From NCBI RefSeq assembly GCF_000022265.1, contig NC_011979.1, forward strand, positions 270,001 to 302,000: DNA of 32,000 nt, read 5' to 3'. How positions within the stretch are numbered: position 1 is the stretch's first letter; every line of letters begins with the position of its first letter. The translations under genes were made by a program, and so were the position numbers. The notes beneath the pieces were generated by a model. That model searched no databases. It saw nothing but the letters and a program-made list of their open reading frames with translations, and had not been told where the DNA came from. The DNA is from Geotalea daltonii FRC-32. GTDB lineage: Bacteria; Desulfobacterota; Desulfuromonadia; Geobacterales; Geobacteraceae. Below, piece after piece: positions 23,229-32,000 of this stretch.

Positions 23229-25304
23229 ATGAGTAAAGGAAAGAACCCACTCGGTATTACCGAAGTCGTCCTCAGGGACGCCCATCAGTCCCTCTTCGCC
23301 ACTCGTCTGCGTCTGGACGACATGCTTCCCATCTGTGAAAAACTGGATAAGGTGGGCTACTGGTCCATCGAGATGTGGGGGGGAGCCACCTTTGACTCCT
23401 GCATCCGTTTTCTCGGCGAGGACCCCTGGGAGCGCCTCCGCAAACTGAAGCAGGCCATGCCGAATACTCCGCAGCAGATGTTGTTCCGTGGCCAGAACAT
23501 CCTTGGTTATCGCCATTATGCCGATGACGTGGTGGAGAAGTTCGTGGAGCGGGCGGCCTTCAACGGTATCGACGTTTTTCGCGTCTTCGATGCCATGAAT
23601 GACCCCCGCAACCTGGATACGGCCATCAAGGCGGTCATCAAGCAGGGTAAACATGCCCAGGGGACCATGTCCTATACGGTCAGCCCGGTGGATACCATCC
23701 CCAAATGGGTAGATCTGGCCAAGCGCATCGAAGACATGGGCTCCCATTCACTCTGCATCAAGGACATGGCCGGTCTGCTCTCCCCCTATACCGCCTATGA
23801 GCTGGTGAAGAAGCTGAAGAAATCGATCAACATCCCGATCCACATGCAGTGCCACGCCACCACCGGCATGTCCACCGCCACCTATGTCAAGGCCATTGAA
23901 GCCGGCGTTGAAAATGTCGATACCTCCATTTCTTCCATGAGCATGACCTACGGCCACTCCGCTACCGAGGCTCTGGTGGCCATCATGTCCGAGACGGACC
24001 AAGCGACCGGCCTCGACATGTCGCTTCTGCAGGAGATTGCCGACTACTTCACCGTGGTGCGGAAGAAATATGCAAAATTCGAAGGGTCCCTCAAGGGTAT
24101 CGATGCCAGGATCATCATGGCACAGGTGCCGGGGGGCATGTTGACCAATATGGAGAGTCAGCTCAAAGACCAGAATGCCGGCCACAAGATGGATCAGGTG
24201 CTGGCCGAGATCCCCAAGGTACGCGAGGATCTGGGCATGATCCCGCTGGTCACCCCCACTTCGCAGATCGTCGGCACCCAGGCGGTCATCAACGTCCTGA
24301 CCGGCGAGCGCTACAAATCCATGACCAAGGAGACCGCTGCAGTTCTCAAGGGTGAGTACGGCGCCACCTCCGCACCGGTCAATAAGGAGCTGCAAGCGAA
24401 GGTCCTGGCCGGGGCCGAGCCGATCACCTGCCGTCCGGCAGACCTGCTTGACCACGAGATGGACAAGCTTACCGCCGAGCTGCGTGAACTGGCGAAGGGC
24501 AAAAACCTCAAGTTCGGGGATCATGAGGTGGAGGATGTCCTCACCTATGCCCTTTTTCAGCAGGTGGGGCTCAAGTTCCTGGAGCATCGTGATAACCCAG
24601 ACATGTTTGAGCCGGTTCCCACCGGGGAAGAGGCCGCTCCGGCAGCCAAGGCCGCAGCTCCTGCGGTTGCAGGTGGAGAAACTTTCACCGTCACCGGCGG
24701 CGGTCAGACCTTTGTCGTGCAGGTTGCCAAGGCCACCGGCGCCGCAGCAGCCGCCGCGGCAGCTGCCGCCAATGCCGCAGCAGGGGCCGCAGCCGCAGCC
24801 CCGGCCGCTTCAGCCGGCGGATTCGATATCGTCTCTCCCCTGGCGGGCAATGTCTGGAAGATCGAGGTCGACCCCGGCCAGGAGGTCAAGGAAGGGGATC
24901 TGCTGCTGATCCTTGAGGCAATGAAGATGGAGAACGAGATTTTTGCCGACCGGGACGGCATCGTCGGCACGATCCACATCCAGGAGGGCAATGCCGTGGA
25001 TATCGGCCAGCCCCTGGTGACCCTGATCAGCGACGCTGCCGCACTGGTTGCAACCGCTGCAGCTCCGGCCGCTGCAGGCGCGGCAGCACCCAAAAACGGC
25101 GTCACCGCTCCCCTTGCTGGCAATGTCTGGAAAATCGAGGTCAAACCGGGGCAGAAGGTGCAGGAAGGGGATCTCCTCCTCATTCTCGAAGCTATGAAGA
25201 TGGAGAATGAAATATTTGCCGACAAGGACGGCATCGTCGGTCAGCTCCTCATTCAGGAAGGGCATGCCGTTGACATAGGACAGGTCCTGCTGACTCTGGA
25301 CTAA
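23229..25304 (+). CDS. OadA/PycB/transcarboxylase-5S-type pyruvate carboxyltransferase fused to two tandem biotinyl carrier domains
   Basis: N-terminal TIM-barrel CT domain ([28 protein letters not shown]). Ala-rich linkers. Two copies of [31 protein letters not shown], with biotinyl-Lys codons at 24924-24926 and 25197-25199. Confidence 0.9.
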   Translation: MSKGKNPLGITEVVLRDAHQSLFATRLRLDDMLPICEKLDKVGYWSIEMWGGATFDSCIRFLGEDPWERLRKLKQAMPNTPQQMLFRGQNILGYRHYADDVVEKFVERAAFNGIDVFRVFDAMNDPRNLDTAIKAVIKQGKHAQGTMSYTVSPVDTIPKWVDLAKRIEDMGSHSLCIKDMAGLLSPYTAYELVKKLKKSINIPIHMQCHATTGMSTATYVKAIEAGVENVDTSISSMSMTYGHSATEALVAIMSETDQATGLDMSLLQEIADYFTVVRKKYAKFEGSLKGIDARIIMAQVPGGMLTNMESQLKDQNAGHKMDQVLAEIPKVREDLGMIPLVTPTSQIVGTQAVINVLTGERYKSMTKETAAVLKGEYGATSAPVNKELQAKVLAGAEPITCRPADLLDHEMDKLTAELRELAKGKNLKFGDHEVEDVLTYALFQQVGLKFLEHRDNPDMFEPVPTGEEAAPAAKAAAPAVAGGETFTVTGGGQTFVVQVAKATGAAAAAAAAAANAAAGAAAAAPAASAGGFDIVSPLAGNVWKIEVDPGQEVKEGDLLLILEAMKMENEIFADRDGIVGTIHIQEGNAVDIGQPLVTLISDAAALVATAAAPAAAGAAAPKNGVTAPLAGNVWKIEVKPGQKVQEGDLLLILEAMKMENEIFADKDGIVGQLLIQEGHAVDIGQVLLTLD

Positions 25305-25346
25305 GCTTTTGACCGATCTTCATTCGTTTCACAAATCCAAACTGAA

Positions 25347-25377
25347 TCACCCCCTGATCCGTCGGGTCAGGGGGTGA
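25347..25377. other. GC-rich hairpin after the 5S-BCCP gene
   Basis: TCACCCCCTGA-tccgtcggg-TCAGGGGGTGA, an 11-bp stem with no T-run. Confidence 0.35.
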
Positions 25378-25432
25378 GAAGCCCGACATTGACTCCATAA
25401 ATATGCAGCAGTAAGGGCTGAGGAAGATAACG

Positions 25433-27700
25433 ATGAGCAAAAAATCCGCAGCACTTGAATACCACTCGACCGGCCGCAAAGGGAAGATCGAAGTCATTGC
25501 CACCAAACCTTGCCAGACCGCACAGGACCTGTCTCTTGCCTATTCACCCGGAGTGGCTGAGCCCTGTCTGGCCATTGAGCAGACGCCTGAAGATGCATAT
25601 CAGTACACGGCCAAAGGTAACCTGGTTGCGGTCGTCTCCAACGGTACCGCGGTCCTGGGCCTGGGCAACATCGGGGCTCTTGCCGGAAAACCGGTCATGG
25701 AAGGGAAAGGGGTGCTCTTCAAGCGCTTTGCGGACGTGGACGTCTTCGACATCGAGCTGAACAGCGAAAATCCGGATGAGATCATCCGCGCCGTGCAACT
25801 GCTCGAACCGACCTTTGGCGGGATCAACCTGGAGGACATCAAGGCTCCCGAATGCTTTTACATCGAGGAAGAACTGAAGAAGACCATGAATATCCCGGTC
25901 TTCCATGATGATCAGCACGGTACGGCGATCATCTCCGCAGCCGGTCTCATCAATGCCCTGGAACTGGTTGGGAAAAAGATAGAGGATATTCGCCTCGTGG
26001 TCAATGGAGCCGGTGCCGCAGCTATTGCCTGTGCAAACCTGGTAGTCTCCCTTGGGGTCAAGCGGGAAAACATAATCATGTGCGACACCAAGGGGGTCAT
26101 CTACAAAGGCCGCACCGAAGGGATGAACAAATACAAGGAGCATTTCGCCGTCGATACGCCGCTGCGCACCCTTGAAGAGGCCGCCGTTAATTGTGATGTC
26201 ATGTTCGGACTTTCCTCCAAGGGAGCCTTTACCCCCGAGATGGTGCGCACCATGGCGGTCAATCCCATCATCTTCGCCATGGCTAATCCCGATCCGGAGA
26301 TCACCCCCGAGGAGGCCCGTAAGGTGCGCGGTGATGTACTGATCGCCACTGGCCGCTCCGACTACCCAAACCAGGTCAACAATGTGCTCGGCTTTCCCTT
26401 CATCTTCCGCGGGGCACTGGACGTGCGGGCTACGACCATCAATGAAGAGATGAAAAAAGCTGCCGTCTTCGCCCTGGCGGAGCTGGCCCGCGAGGAGTGC
26501 CCCGATTCGGTCTGCCGTGCCTACGGCAACGTCAAGTTCAGCTTCGGCCGGGACTATATCATTCCCAAACCCTTCGATCCGCGGGCGCTGATGCGTGTTG
26601 CACCGGCCATTGCCAAGGCGGCCATGGATTCAGGGGTGGCCCGGCAGCCGATCCCGGATATGGACAAGTACGTGGAGGCGCTGGAATCCCTGCAGGGAAA
26701 AGCAAAAGAAACCTTGCGCATGATCATCAACAAGGCGAAGTGCGATCCCAAGAGCATCGTCTTCCCAGAGGGCGAGAACGAGAAAATCCTCCGTGCCGCA
26801 CAGGTGCTGGTGGAACAGGGGATTGCACGGCCGATTCTTCTGGGGAGTGAAAAGAAAATCCGTGCGACCCTGCAGGAGCTGGGGATTGACCTGAACGGCG
26901 GGGTGACGATCATCGACCCGGCCAACTCCGACAAGGCCAATGGCTATGCGGACGAATTTTACCGCTTGCGGCAGCGCAAGGGGCTCACCCTCTCCGAATC
27001 CCAGCGCCTCATGTCCCGCAAGTCCCGTACCCATTTCGGGTGCATGATGGTGCGTCAGGGTGATGCCGACACGCTCCTGGCGGGTATTGACGCCAACTAC
27101 GCTGAGACCATCCGCCCCGCCTTGCAGGTGATCGGCAAGCAGGAGGGGCTCTCCAGTGTCCATGGCCTCTACATCATGGTCTTCAAAAAAGGACTCTACT
27201 TCCTGGCCGACACCACCGTCTGCATCGACCCAAATGCCCAGGAACTGGCGGAAACGGCCATTCTGACTGCTGAAATGGCACGCATGCTTGAGGTTGAGCC
27301 GAGTGTCGCCATGCTTTCCATGTCCAACTTCGGTTCCGTGCGCCATCCCCAGGCAGACAAGGTGAGACTGGCGGTTGAACTGGTCAAGGAAAAGGAGCCC
27401 GGGCTGATCATTGACGGTGAGATGCAGGCGGATACGGCGGTGGTTACGGAAATTCTGCAGTCGAGCTTTCCCTTCTCCACCCTGAAGAAAGCGGCGAATA
27501 TCCTCATCTTTCCCGACCTGACTTCAGGAAACATCGCCTATAAGCTGCTCAATAAACTGGGAGAGGCAGAAGCCATCGGCCCGATCCTGATGGGGATGAA
27601 CAAGCCGGTCCATATCCTGCAGCGTGGTGATGACGTCATGGATATCGTCAATATGGCTGCCATCGCAGTAGTGGATGCCCAGAACAATGGCAGACCATAG
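25433..27700 (+). CDS. maeB: NADP-dependent malic enzyme, MaeB type (malic enzyme domain plus C-terminal phosphotransacetylase-like domain)
   Basis: 755 aa. [34 protein letters not shown], then a PTA-like C-terminal half ([15 protein letters not shown]...). Confidence 0.93.
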   Translation: MSKKSAALEYHSTGRKGKIEVIATKPCQTAQDLSLAYSPGVAEPCLAIEQTPEDAYQYTAKGNLVAVVSNGTAVLGLGNIGALAGKPVMEGKGVLFKRFADVDVFDIELNSENPDEIIRAVQLLEPTFGGINLEDIKAPECFYIEEELKKTMNIPVFHDDQHGTAIISAAGLINALELVGKKIEDIRLVVNGAGAAAIACANLVVSLGVKRENIIMCDTKGVIYKGRTEGMNKYKEHFAVDTPLRTLEEAAVNCDVMFGLSSKGAFTPEMVRTMAVNPIIFAMANPDPEITPEEARKVRGDVLIATGRSDYPNQVNNVLGFPFIFRGALDVRATTINEEMKKAAVFALAELAREECPDSVCRAYGNVKFSFGRDYIIPKPFDPRALMRVAPAIAKAAMDSGVARQPIPDMDKYVEALESLQGKAKETLRMIINKAKCDPKSIVFPEGENEKILRAAQVLVEQGIARPILLGSEKKIRATLQELGIDLNGGVTIIDPANSDKANGYADEFYRLRQRKGLTLSESQRLMSRKSRTHFGCMMVRQGDADTLLAGIDANYAETIRPALQVIGKQEGLSSVHGLYIMVFKKGLYFLADTTVCIDPNAQELAETAILTAEMARMLEVEPSVAMLSMSNFGSVRHPQADKVRLAVELVKEKEPGLIIDGEMQADTAVVTEILQSSFPFSTLKKAANILIFPDLTSGNIAYKLLNKLGEAEAIGPILMGMNKPVHILQRGDDVMDIVNMAAIAVVDAQNNGRP

Positions 27701-27726
27701 ATCCCCTGCTCACCAAGGTTCGCTTT

Positions 27727-27750
27727 CCCCCTACTTATAGGGGGGATTGA
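27727..27750. repeat. C-run/G-run hairpin repeat copy
   Basis: CCCCCTA-ctta-TAGGGGG followed by GGGGGGATTGA, sharing its core with 14710-14720 and with inverted 31044-31055. Confidence 0.45.
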
Positions 27751-27769
27751 TGAAGAGGAGCGTGAAGCC

Positions 27770-28615
27770 ATGCATTCGACAGCCGCATATTTCGATACCG
27801 TAGAAGCCCATTACGGACATAACGACCTTGAAACCACAATCTTGAACGCACTGGTTGCAGCCGGAAAAGATCCCGATCGTCTCAAGGCTGAAGACCTGGC
27901 CCCGATCGATCAGTTTCATGTTCGTGGTTTGAAGGCGACCTCTCAGCTTGCAATGGATATCAAGCTTGACAGGGATATGCAGGTGCTGGATCTGGGGAGT
28001 GGCCTTGGTGGGGCTTCCCGTTATCTTGCAAAGGAGTTTGGCTGCAGTGTCGTGGGCCTGGATTTGAATGCCCAGTATTGTCAGGTTGCCACCACTCTCA
28101 CCCGGCGTCTCGGGCTTGACTCGCGGGTAACATTCATCCAGGGAAACGCCCTTGAGATTCCTTTTCCAGACGGGTCGTTCGACCTTGTCTGGACCCAGCA
28201 CATGACCATGAACATCCCGGACAAATCCAGCTTTTATCGGGAAGTTTATCGTGTGCTTAAGCCGGGGGGGCGACTCGCCATGTATGATATTCTTGCCGGT
28301 CCGGGGGGAGAGGTGCTGTTTCCGGTTCCTTGGGCGAGGGATACCGCCACCAGTTTTCTGGTTGCTTCCCAGGTACTGGTGGACACGATAACCGAGACAG
28401 GGTTCGATATACATATCTGGCGAGACGTGACGGAAGCGGCCCGTCTATGGACCCGGGCAACGCAGGAAAGACTCTACCTCAATCCCGGCTTGTTGGGTCT
28501 GCAACTCTTGCTGGGCACGGACTTTCGCAAAATGGTGCACAATCAGTTTCTTAACCTGCAACAGGAGCGTATTGCCCTGGTTGAAGCTGTCGTCCGCCGC
28601 CCGCTGCTGGCATAA
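27770..28615 (+). CDS. Class I SAM-dependent methyltransferase (unknown substrate)
   Basis: 281 aa, motif I VLDLGSGLGGASRYLA, post-I VVGLDLN, LKPGGRLAMYD. AAGAGGAG SD. Confidence 0.8.
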   Translation: MHSTAAYFDTVEAHYGHNDLETTILNALVAAGKDPDRLKAEDLAPIDQFHVRGLKATSQLAMDIKLDRDMQVLDLGSGLGGASRYLAKEFGCSVVGLDLNAQYCQVATTLTRRLGLDSRVTFIQGNALEIPFPDGSFDLVWTQHMTMNIPDKSSFYREVYRVLKPGGRLAMYDILAGPGGEVLFPVPWARDTATSFLVASQVLVDTITETGFDIHIWRDVTEAARLWTRATQERLYLNPGLLGLQLLLGTDFRKMVHNQFLNLQQERIALVEAVVRRPLLA

Positions 28616-28643
28616 TCATGGGGGTGTGCTATGATGTCAGGCA

Positions 28644-28800
28644 GCCAATGCAGACTCAGGGGGGAGTATGAATAAATCAGCAGCGAAAATGGTCCTGCTG
28701 CCCACGCTGAACGATCTGCCTGGTGAAATTGCCCAAGCAGACTCAGGGGGAAGTATGCAGACAACAGCCGAAAAAATGGTCTTGCCGACGCTGAAGGATT
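28644..28800 (+). repeat. 87-bp tandem direct duplication spanning SD, ATG and first codons of the hydratase gene
   Basis: GCAGACTCAGGGGGGAGTATGAATAAATCAGCAGCGAAAATGGTCCTGCTGCCCACGCTGAACGAT (from 28650) versus GCAGACTCAGGGGGAAGTATGCAGACAACAGCCGAAAAAATGGTCTTGCCGACGCTGAAGGAT (from 28737). About 80% identity with one 3-nt indel. Confidence 0.7.
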
Positions 28801-29588
28801 CATCCATTGCTGTGGAGAAGCGGATCGCCGTATTGACGTTGCAGCGCCATGACGTGCGCAATGCACTGACCGGCACGGCCCTGATCGACGATATCGTGCA
28901 GACGGTGAACTGGGTGAATAATGAACCAGAGGTCTCGGTCCTGGTTATCACTGGGGAAGGGACGGCGTTTTCTTCAGGCGGTAACGTCAAGGAGATGCAG
29001 TCGCAAAGCGGGAGCTTTGCCGGATCGCCCATGGAGATTCAGGACCACTACCGGCGTGGAATACAGCAGATTCCACTCGCCCTGCATAAGGCGGAGGTGG
29101 CGGTTATTGCCGCCGTCAATGGCCCGGCCATCGGTGCCGGGTTCGACCTGGCCTGCATGTGTGACATCCGCATCGCTTCAACAAAGGCCCAGGTGGGAGA
29201 GGCCTTCATCAATCTCGGTATCACTCCGGGAGATGGTGGCGCATGGTTCATGCAGCGGCTGATTGGCTATCAGCGGGCTGCCGAGCTGACTTTTACCGGA
29301 AGAATCGTCAAGGCCGACGAGGCGCTGCAACTTGGGATATTCCTCGAAGTGGTGGAGCCGGAGGAACTGATGCCGCGAGCAATGGAACTGGCCGGGCAGA
29401 TTGCCGCCAAGCCACCCCTTACGCTGCGGTTGACCAAACGGATGATGAAACTGGCCCAGCGCAGCGAGCTACCGGATTTTCTCGATTTATGCGCCTGCTT
29501 CCAGACAATGGCCCATCACACGGAGGATCATCTGGAAGCGGTCAACGCTTTCCTGGAAAAGAGACCACCTTCCTACAGGGGGCGATAA
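28755..29588 (+). CDS. Enoyl-CoA hydratase/isomerase (crotonase) family protein
   Basis: Crotonase motifs ITGEGTAFSSGGNVKEM and AAVNGPAIGAGFDLACMCDIRIAS. Start at 28755 (second repeat copy) gives 277 aa, typical for the family. 28668 (first copy, in frame) would add 29 aa. Confidence 0.85.
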   Translation: MQTTAEKMVLPTLKDSSIAVEKRIAVLTLQRHDVRNALTGTALIDDIVQTVNWVNNEPEVSVLVITGEGTAFSSGGNVKEMQSQSGSFAGSPMEIQDHYRRGIQQIPLALHKAEVAVIAAVNGPAIGAGFDLACMCDIRIASTKAQVGEAFINLGITPGDGGAWFMQRLIGYQRAAELTFTGRIVKADEALQLGIFLEVVEPEELMPRAMELAGQIAAKPPLTLRLTKRMMKLAQRSELPDFLDLCACFQTMAHHTEDHLEAVNAFLEKRPPSYRGR

Positions 29589-29694
29589 TGAGCCGATTTG
29601 CGGGAGAAACAAGGGCGGACAGTATCTCGGACCCGACGGCGATATTCTCTGGTGCAGAATTTTTTAGAATAGTGTTATACAAAGCAGATTTTTT

Positions 29695-29730
29695 CTTGAC
29701 CGAAAATTAGTATTGTGGTACCTATTTACT
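29695..29730 (+). promoter_or_regulatory. Conserved 36-nt promoter-like module, copy 2 (upstream of thiolase)
   Basis: CTTGACCGAAAATTAGTATTGTGGTACCTATTTACT has 28/36 identity with 19970-20005 at the same distance from the start codon. Confidence 0.45.
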
Positions 29731-29834
29731 TAATAGTTTGTATACTAAATTTAAGAACAACGTTACAAAAGGCATGGATATTTTAGTGGGGACTCTGGAC
29801 CGGGAACCTCACCTACATAGCTGAGGAGGCTGAT

Positions 29835-31010
29835 ATGAGTGAAGTTTTTATCGTTGAGTCATTGCGTACGCCGCTGGGATCGTTTGGTGGTGCGCTTGCC
29901 GACGTGGATGCGCCGCGTCTGGCTGCTGCAGTCATCAAGGAGCTGCTGGAGAGAGCGGCTCTCAGTCCCGAAGCTGTGGATGAGGTGATTATCGGTCAGG
30001 TGCTTTCCGGGGGAAGCGGTCAGGCTCCCGCCAGGCAGGCTCTGCGTTATGGCGGCCTCCCCGACTCGGTACCGGCAATGACCATCAACAAGGTGTGCGG
30101 CAGCGGCCTGAAAGCGATTATGCTCGGGGCCGATGCAATACGTCTGGGAGACGCCCACGTTGTGCTGGCCGGCGGCATGGAGAACATGTCCCAGGCACCC
30201 TATGCCCTGCCCAAGGCGAGGAATGGTTTCCGTATGGGGAACGGTGAAGTGGTTGACCTGATGGTCAATGACGGCCTGTTGGATCCATACAGCGGCAACC
30301 ATATGGGGGTCATTGCCGAGGCCAATGCTGCCAAAAACGGCCTGAGCCGTGCCGAGCAGGATGAATTTGCCGTCGCTTCCTATAAAAAAGCTCAAGCAGC
30401 GGTTAAAGATGGCGTGTTCAAAGATGAGATAGTGCCAGTGGTGAAAAAGGGGCGCCAGGGGGAGGTGGTGATTGCCGAGGATGAAGAGCCGCTCAAGGGT
30501 GATATCGGCAAGCTGCCCGGGCTGCGTGCCGCATTTGCCAAAGAGGGAACCATCACCGCTGGTAACGCATCCACCATCAACGACGGCGCCGGGATAGCCC
30601 TGCTGGCATCCGGCGAAGCGGTTAAGAAATACAACCTGAAGCCGAAGGCCCGTTTGCTAGCCTATGCCACCAACAGTATTCATCCCGACCTCTTTACCGA
30701 GGCGCCGGTGGGAGCCATTGAAAAAGCATTGGTCAAGGCAGGGCTCAAGGTGGGTGACATCGATCTCTTCGAGCTCAATGAGGCCTTTGCCACCGTGCCG
30801 CTTTTGGCTATCAAGAAGCTGGGCATCGATCCTGCCCGGGTCAACGTCAACGGTGGAGCGGTCGCCATCGGCCACCCCCTCGGAGCGAGCGGCGCACGCC
30901 TGGCAGCTACCCTTATAAGGGAACTGCACAAGAGGAATGCCCGTTATGGCCTTGCCACCCTTTGCATTGGCGGAGGAGAAGCGGTCGCAGCGATTTTTGA
31001 GCGGGTATAG
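29835..31010 (+). CDS. Acetyl-CoA C-acetyltransferase (biosynthetic/degradative thiolase II type)
   Basis: 391 aa. [11 protein letters not shown] (active-site Cys), [38 protein letters not shown]. Confidence 0.95.
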   Translation: MSEVFIVESLRTPLGSFGGALADVDAPRLAAAVIKELLERAALSPEAVDEVIIGQVLSGGSGQAPARQALRYGGLPDSVPAMTINKVCGSGLKAIMLGADAIRLGDAHVVLAGGMENMSQAPYALPKARNGFRMGNGEVVDLMVNDGLLDPYSGNHMGVIAEANAAKNGLSRAEQDEFAVASYKKAQAAVKDGVFKDEIVPVVKKGRQGEVVIAEDEEPLKGDIGKLPGLRAAFAKEGTITAGNASTINDGAGIALLASGEAVKKYNLKPKARLLAYATNSIHPDLFTEAPVGAIEKALVKAGLKVGDIDLFELNEAFATVPLLAIKKLGIDPARVNVNGGAVAIGHPLGASGARLAATLIRELHKRNARYGLATLCIGGGEAVAAIFERV

Positions 31011-31043
31011 CCCCAGCGCCCGGTTGTGGACAATTGACCCCCT

Positions 31044-31072
31044 CTCAATCCCCCCTGTTTTTTATAGGGGGG
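31044..31072. repeat. C-run/G-run hairpin repeat copy (inverted orientation)
   Basis: TCAATCCCCCC is the reverse complement of GGGGGGATTGA at 27740-27750. CCCCCCT-gttttttat-AGGGGGG hairpin. Confidence 0.45.
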
Positions 31073-31130
31073 AAGCGAGCTACGGCGAGCAGGGGGGTGA
31101 CCATTCTGACTATTGCAGAGGGAGACGAAC

Positions 31131-31976
31131 ATGATCAAGAAAGTAGGCGTTTTGGGTGCGGGGCAGATGGGGAGCGGTATCGCCCATGTCCTTGCGGTAC
31201 AGGAGATAGAGGTAGTCCTTTTCGATATCGCAGAGGATCAACTTGCCAAGGCAGTTGCCGGCATCGAGAAGAACCTGGAACGCCAGGCAAAAAAAGGGGA
31301 AGTGGACAGCGCTTCCATCCCGGCCATTCTCAAACGGATCCATACCACCAAGGTCATGGGAGACCTGTCCGACTGCGACATGGCCATTGAAGCGGTGACC
31401 GAGCGGGAAACCCTCAAGCTGGATATCTTCCGCCAGCTGGACGGCATTGTCAAAAAGGGGGCGATCCTTGCTTCCAACACCTCCTCCATTCCCATTACCC
31501 GTATCGCTGCCGTTACCGGCCGTCCCGACAAAGTGATCGGCATGCATTTCATGAACCCGGTACCGGTGATGAAACTGGTGGAGGTGATCCGCGGCCTGGC
31601 CACCAGCGACGAGACTTTCGATGCTACCGCCGCCCTGGTAGCCAAACTGGGTAAAGAAATGGCGGTTTCAGCCGATTACCCCGGGTTCATCGTCAACCGC
31701 ATCCTCATTCCCATGATCAACGAGGCAGCCTTTGCCCTTTTCGAGGGAGTCGCCACCGTCGAAGATATCGACAAGGCCATGAAGCTCGGCACCAATCAGC
31801 CCATGGGCCCCCTGACCCTGGCCGATTTCATCGGCCTCGACACCTGTCTGGCCATCATGAATGTGCTCTATGAAGGTTTTAAGGATACGAAATATCGCCC
31901 CTGTCCACTGCTGGTGAAAATGGTTGAAGCCGGCTACCTGGGCAAGAAGGCGGGGCGCGGCTTTTACACATATTGA
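31131..31976 (+). CDS. hbd: 3-hydroxybutyryl-CoA dehydrogenase (NAD-dependent 3-hydroxyacyl-CoA dehydrogenase)
   Basis: Start at MIKKVGVLGAGQMGSGIAHV (Rossmann GxGxxG), preceded by GAGGGAGA. HFMNPVPVMKLVE, GFIVNRIL, and a C-terminal PCPLL..GKKAGRGFY, typical of Hbd. Confidence 0.93.
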   Translation: MIKKVGVLGAGQMGSGIAHVLAVQEIEVVLFDIAEDQLAKAVAGIEKNLERQAKKGEVDSASIPAILKRIHTTKVMGDLSDCDMAIEAVTERETLKLDIFRQLDGIVKKGAILASNTSSIPITRIAAVTGRPDKVIGMHFMNPVPVMKLVEVIRGLATSDETFDATAALVAKLGKEMAVSADYPGFIVNRILIPMINEAAFALFEGVATVEDIDKAMKLGTNQPMGPLTLADFIGLDTCLAIMNVLYEGFKDTKYRPCPLLVKMVEAGYLGKKAGRGFYTY

Positions 31977-32000
31977 TAGAATCGCATGGGCGAAAATCGC

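Noticed and set aside
24725-24815. GCN-rich run (poly-Ala coding) as a microsatellite or assembly artefact
   Set aside because: It is in frame and lies exactly between folded domains of a biotin-dependent enzyme. Ala/Pro-rich flexible linkers are a known feature of biotinyl and lipoyl swinging arms.
1-32000. Mobile elements, prophage, defence systems, CRISPR arrays, rRNA/tRNA genes
   Set aside because: No transposase, integrase, recombinase or nuclease-like ORFs, no regularly spaced direct repeats with spacers, and no tRNA-like cloverleaf candidates noticed. Every large ORF is explained by catabolic, regulatory or transport functions. The only repeats are short REP-like hairpins and two local tandem duplications.

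Overview
High-GC (roughly 58-60% by eye), gene-dense bacterial window, nearly all genes on the + strand. It reads as an anaerobic aromatic-acid catabolic island of the kind known from Geobacter-like obligate anaerobes; the taxon is inference only. Order of features: (1) the 5' part of a divergent PAS-type sensor/regulator that runs off the window start. (2) A sigma-54-type promoter in front of an EntE/DhbE-family aryl-acid ligase and an AAHS-type MFS transporter, followed by an IclR regulator. (3) A complete class II (tungsten-type, ATP-independent) benzoyl-CoA-reductase-like gene set with two divergent BamB paralogs in tandem, then bamCDEFGHI. bamF carries an in-frame TGA (selenocysteine) that makes the ORF track truncate it. 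(4) A convergent second IclR regulator. (5) A lower-pathway block: acyl-CoA dehydrogenase, GcdA-type glutaconyl-CoA carboxyltransferase, an OadA/5S-type pyruvate carboxyltransferase fused to two tandem biotin-carrier domains, NADP-malic enzyme, a SAM methyltransferase, enoyl-CoA hydratase, thiolase and 3-hydroxybutyryl-CoA dehydrogenase. I saw no rRNA, tRNA, CRISPR array, transposase or integrase. The main second-look items: a possible soluble glutaconyl-CoA:pyruvate transcarboxylase (no membrane beta subunit in the window); a BamB paralog with Ser where the other paralog and (from memory) characterised BamB have Cys; the Sec recoding in bamF; an unexplained 350-bp bamD-bamE spacer holding a nested-helix RNA candidate; recurring palindromic operator-like sites and a shared 36-nt promoter module; an 87-bp tandem duplication of a translation start region; and G/C-run hairpin repeats. 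All homology calls are by eye and from memory of family sequences. No searches were run.
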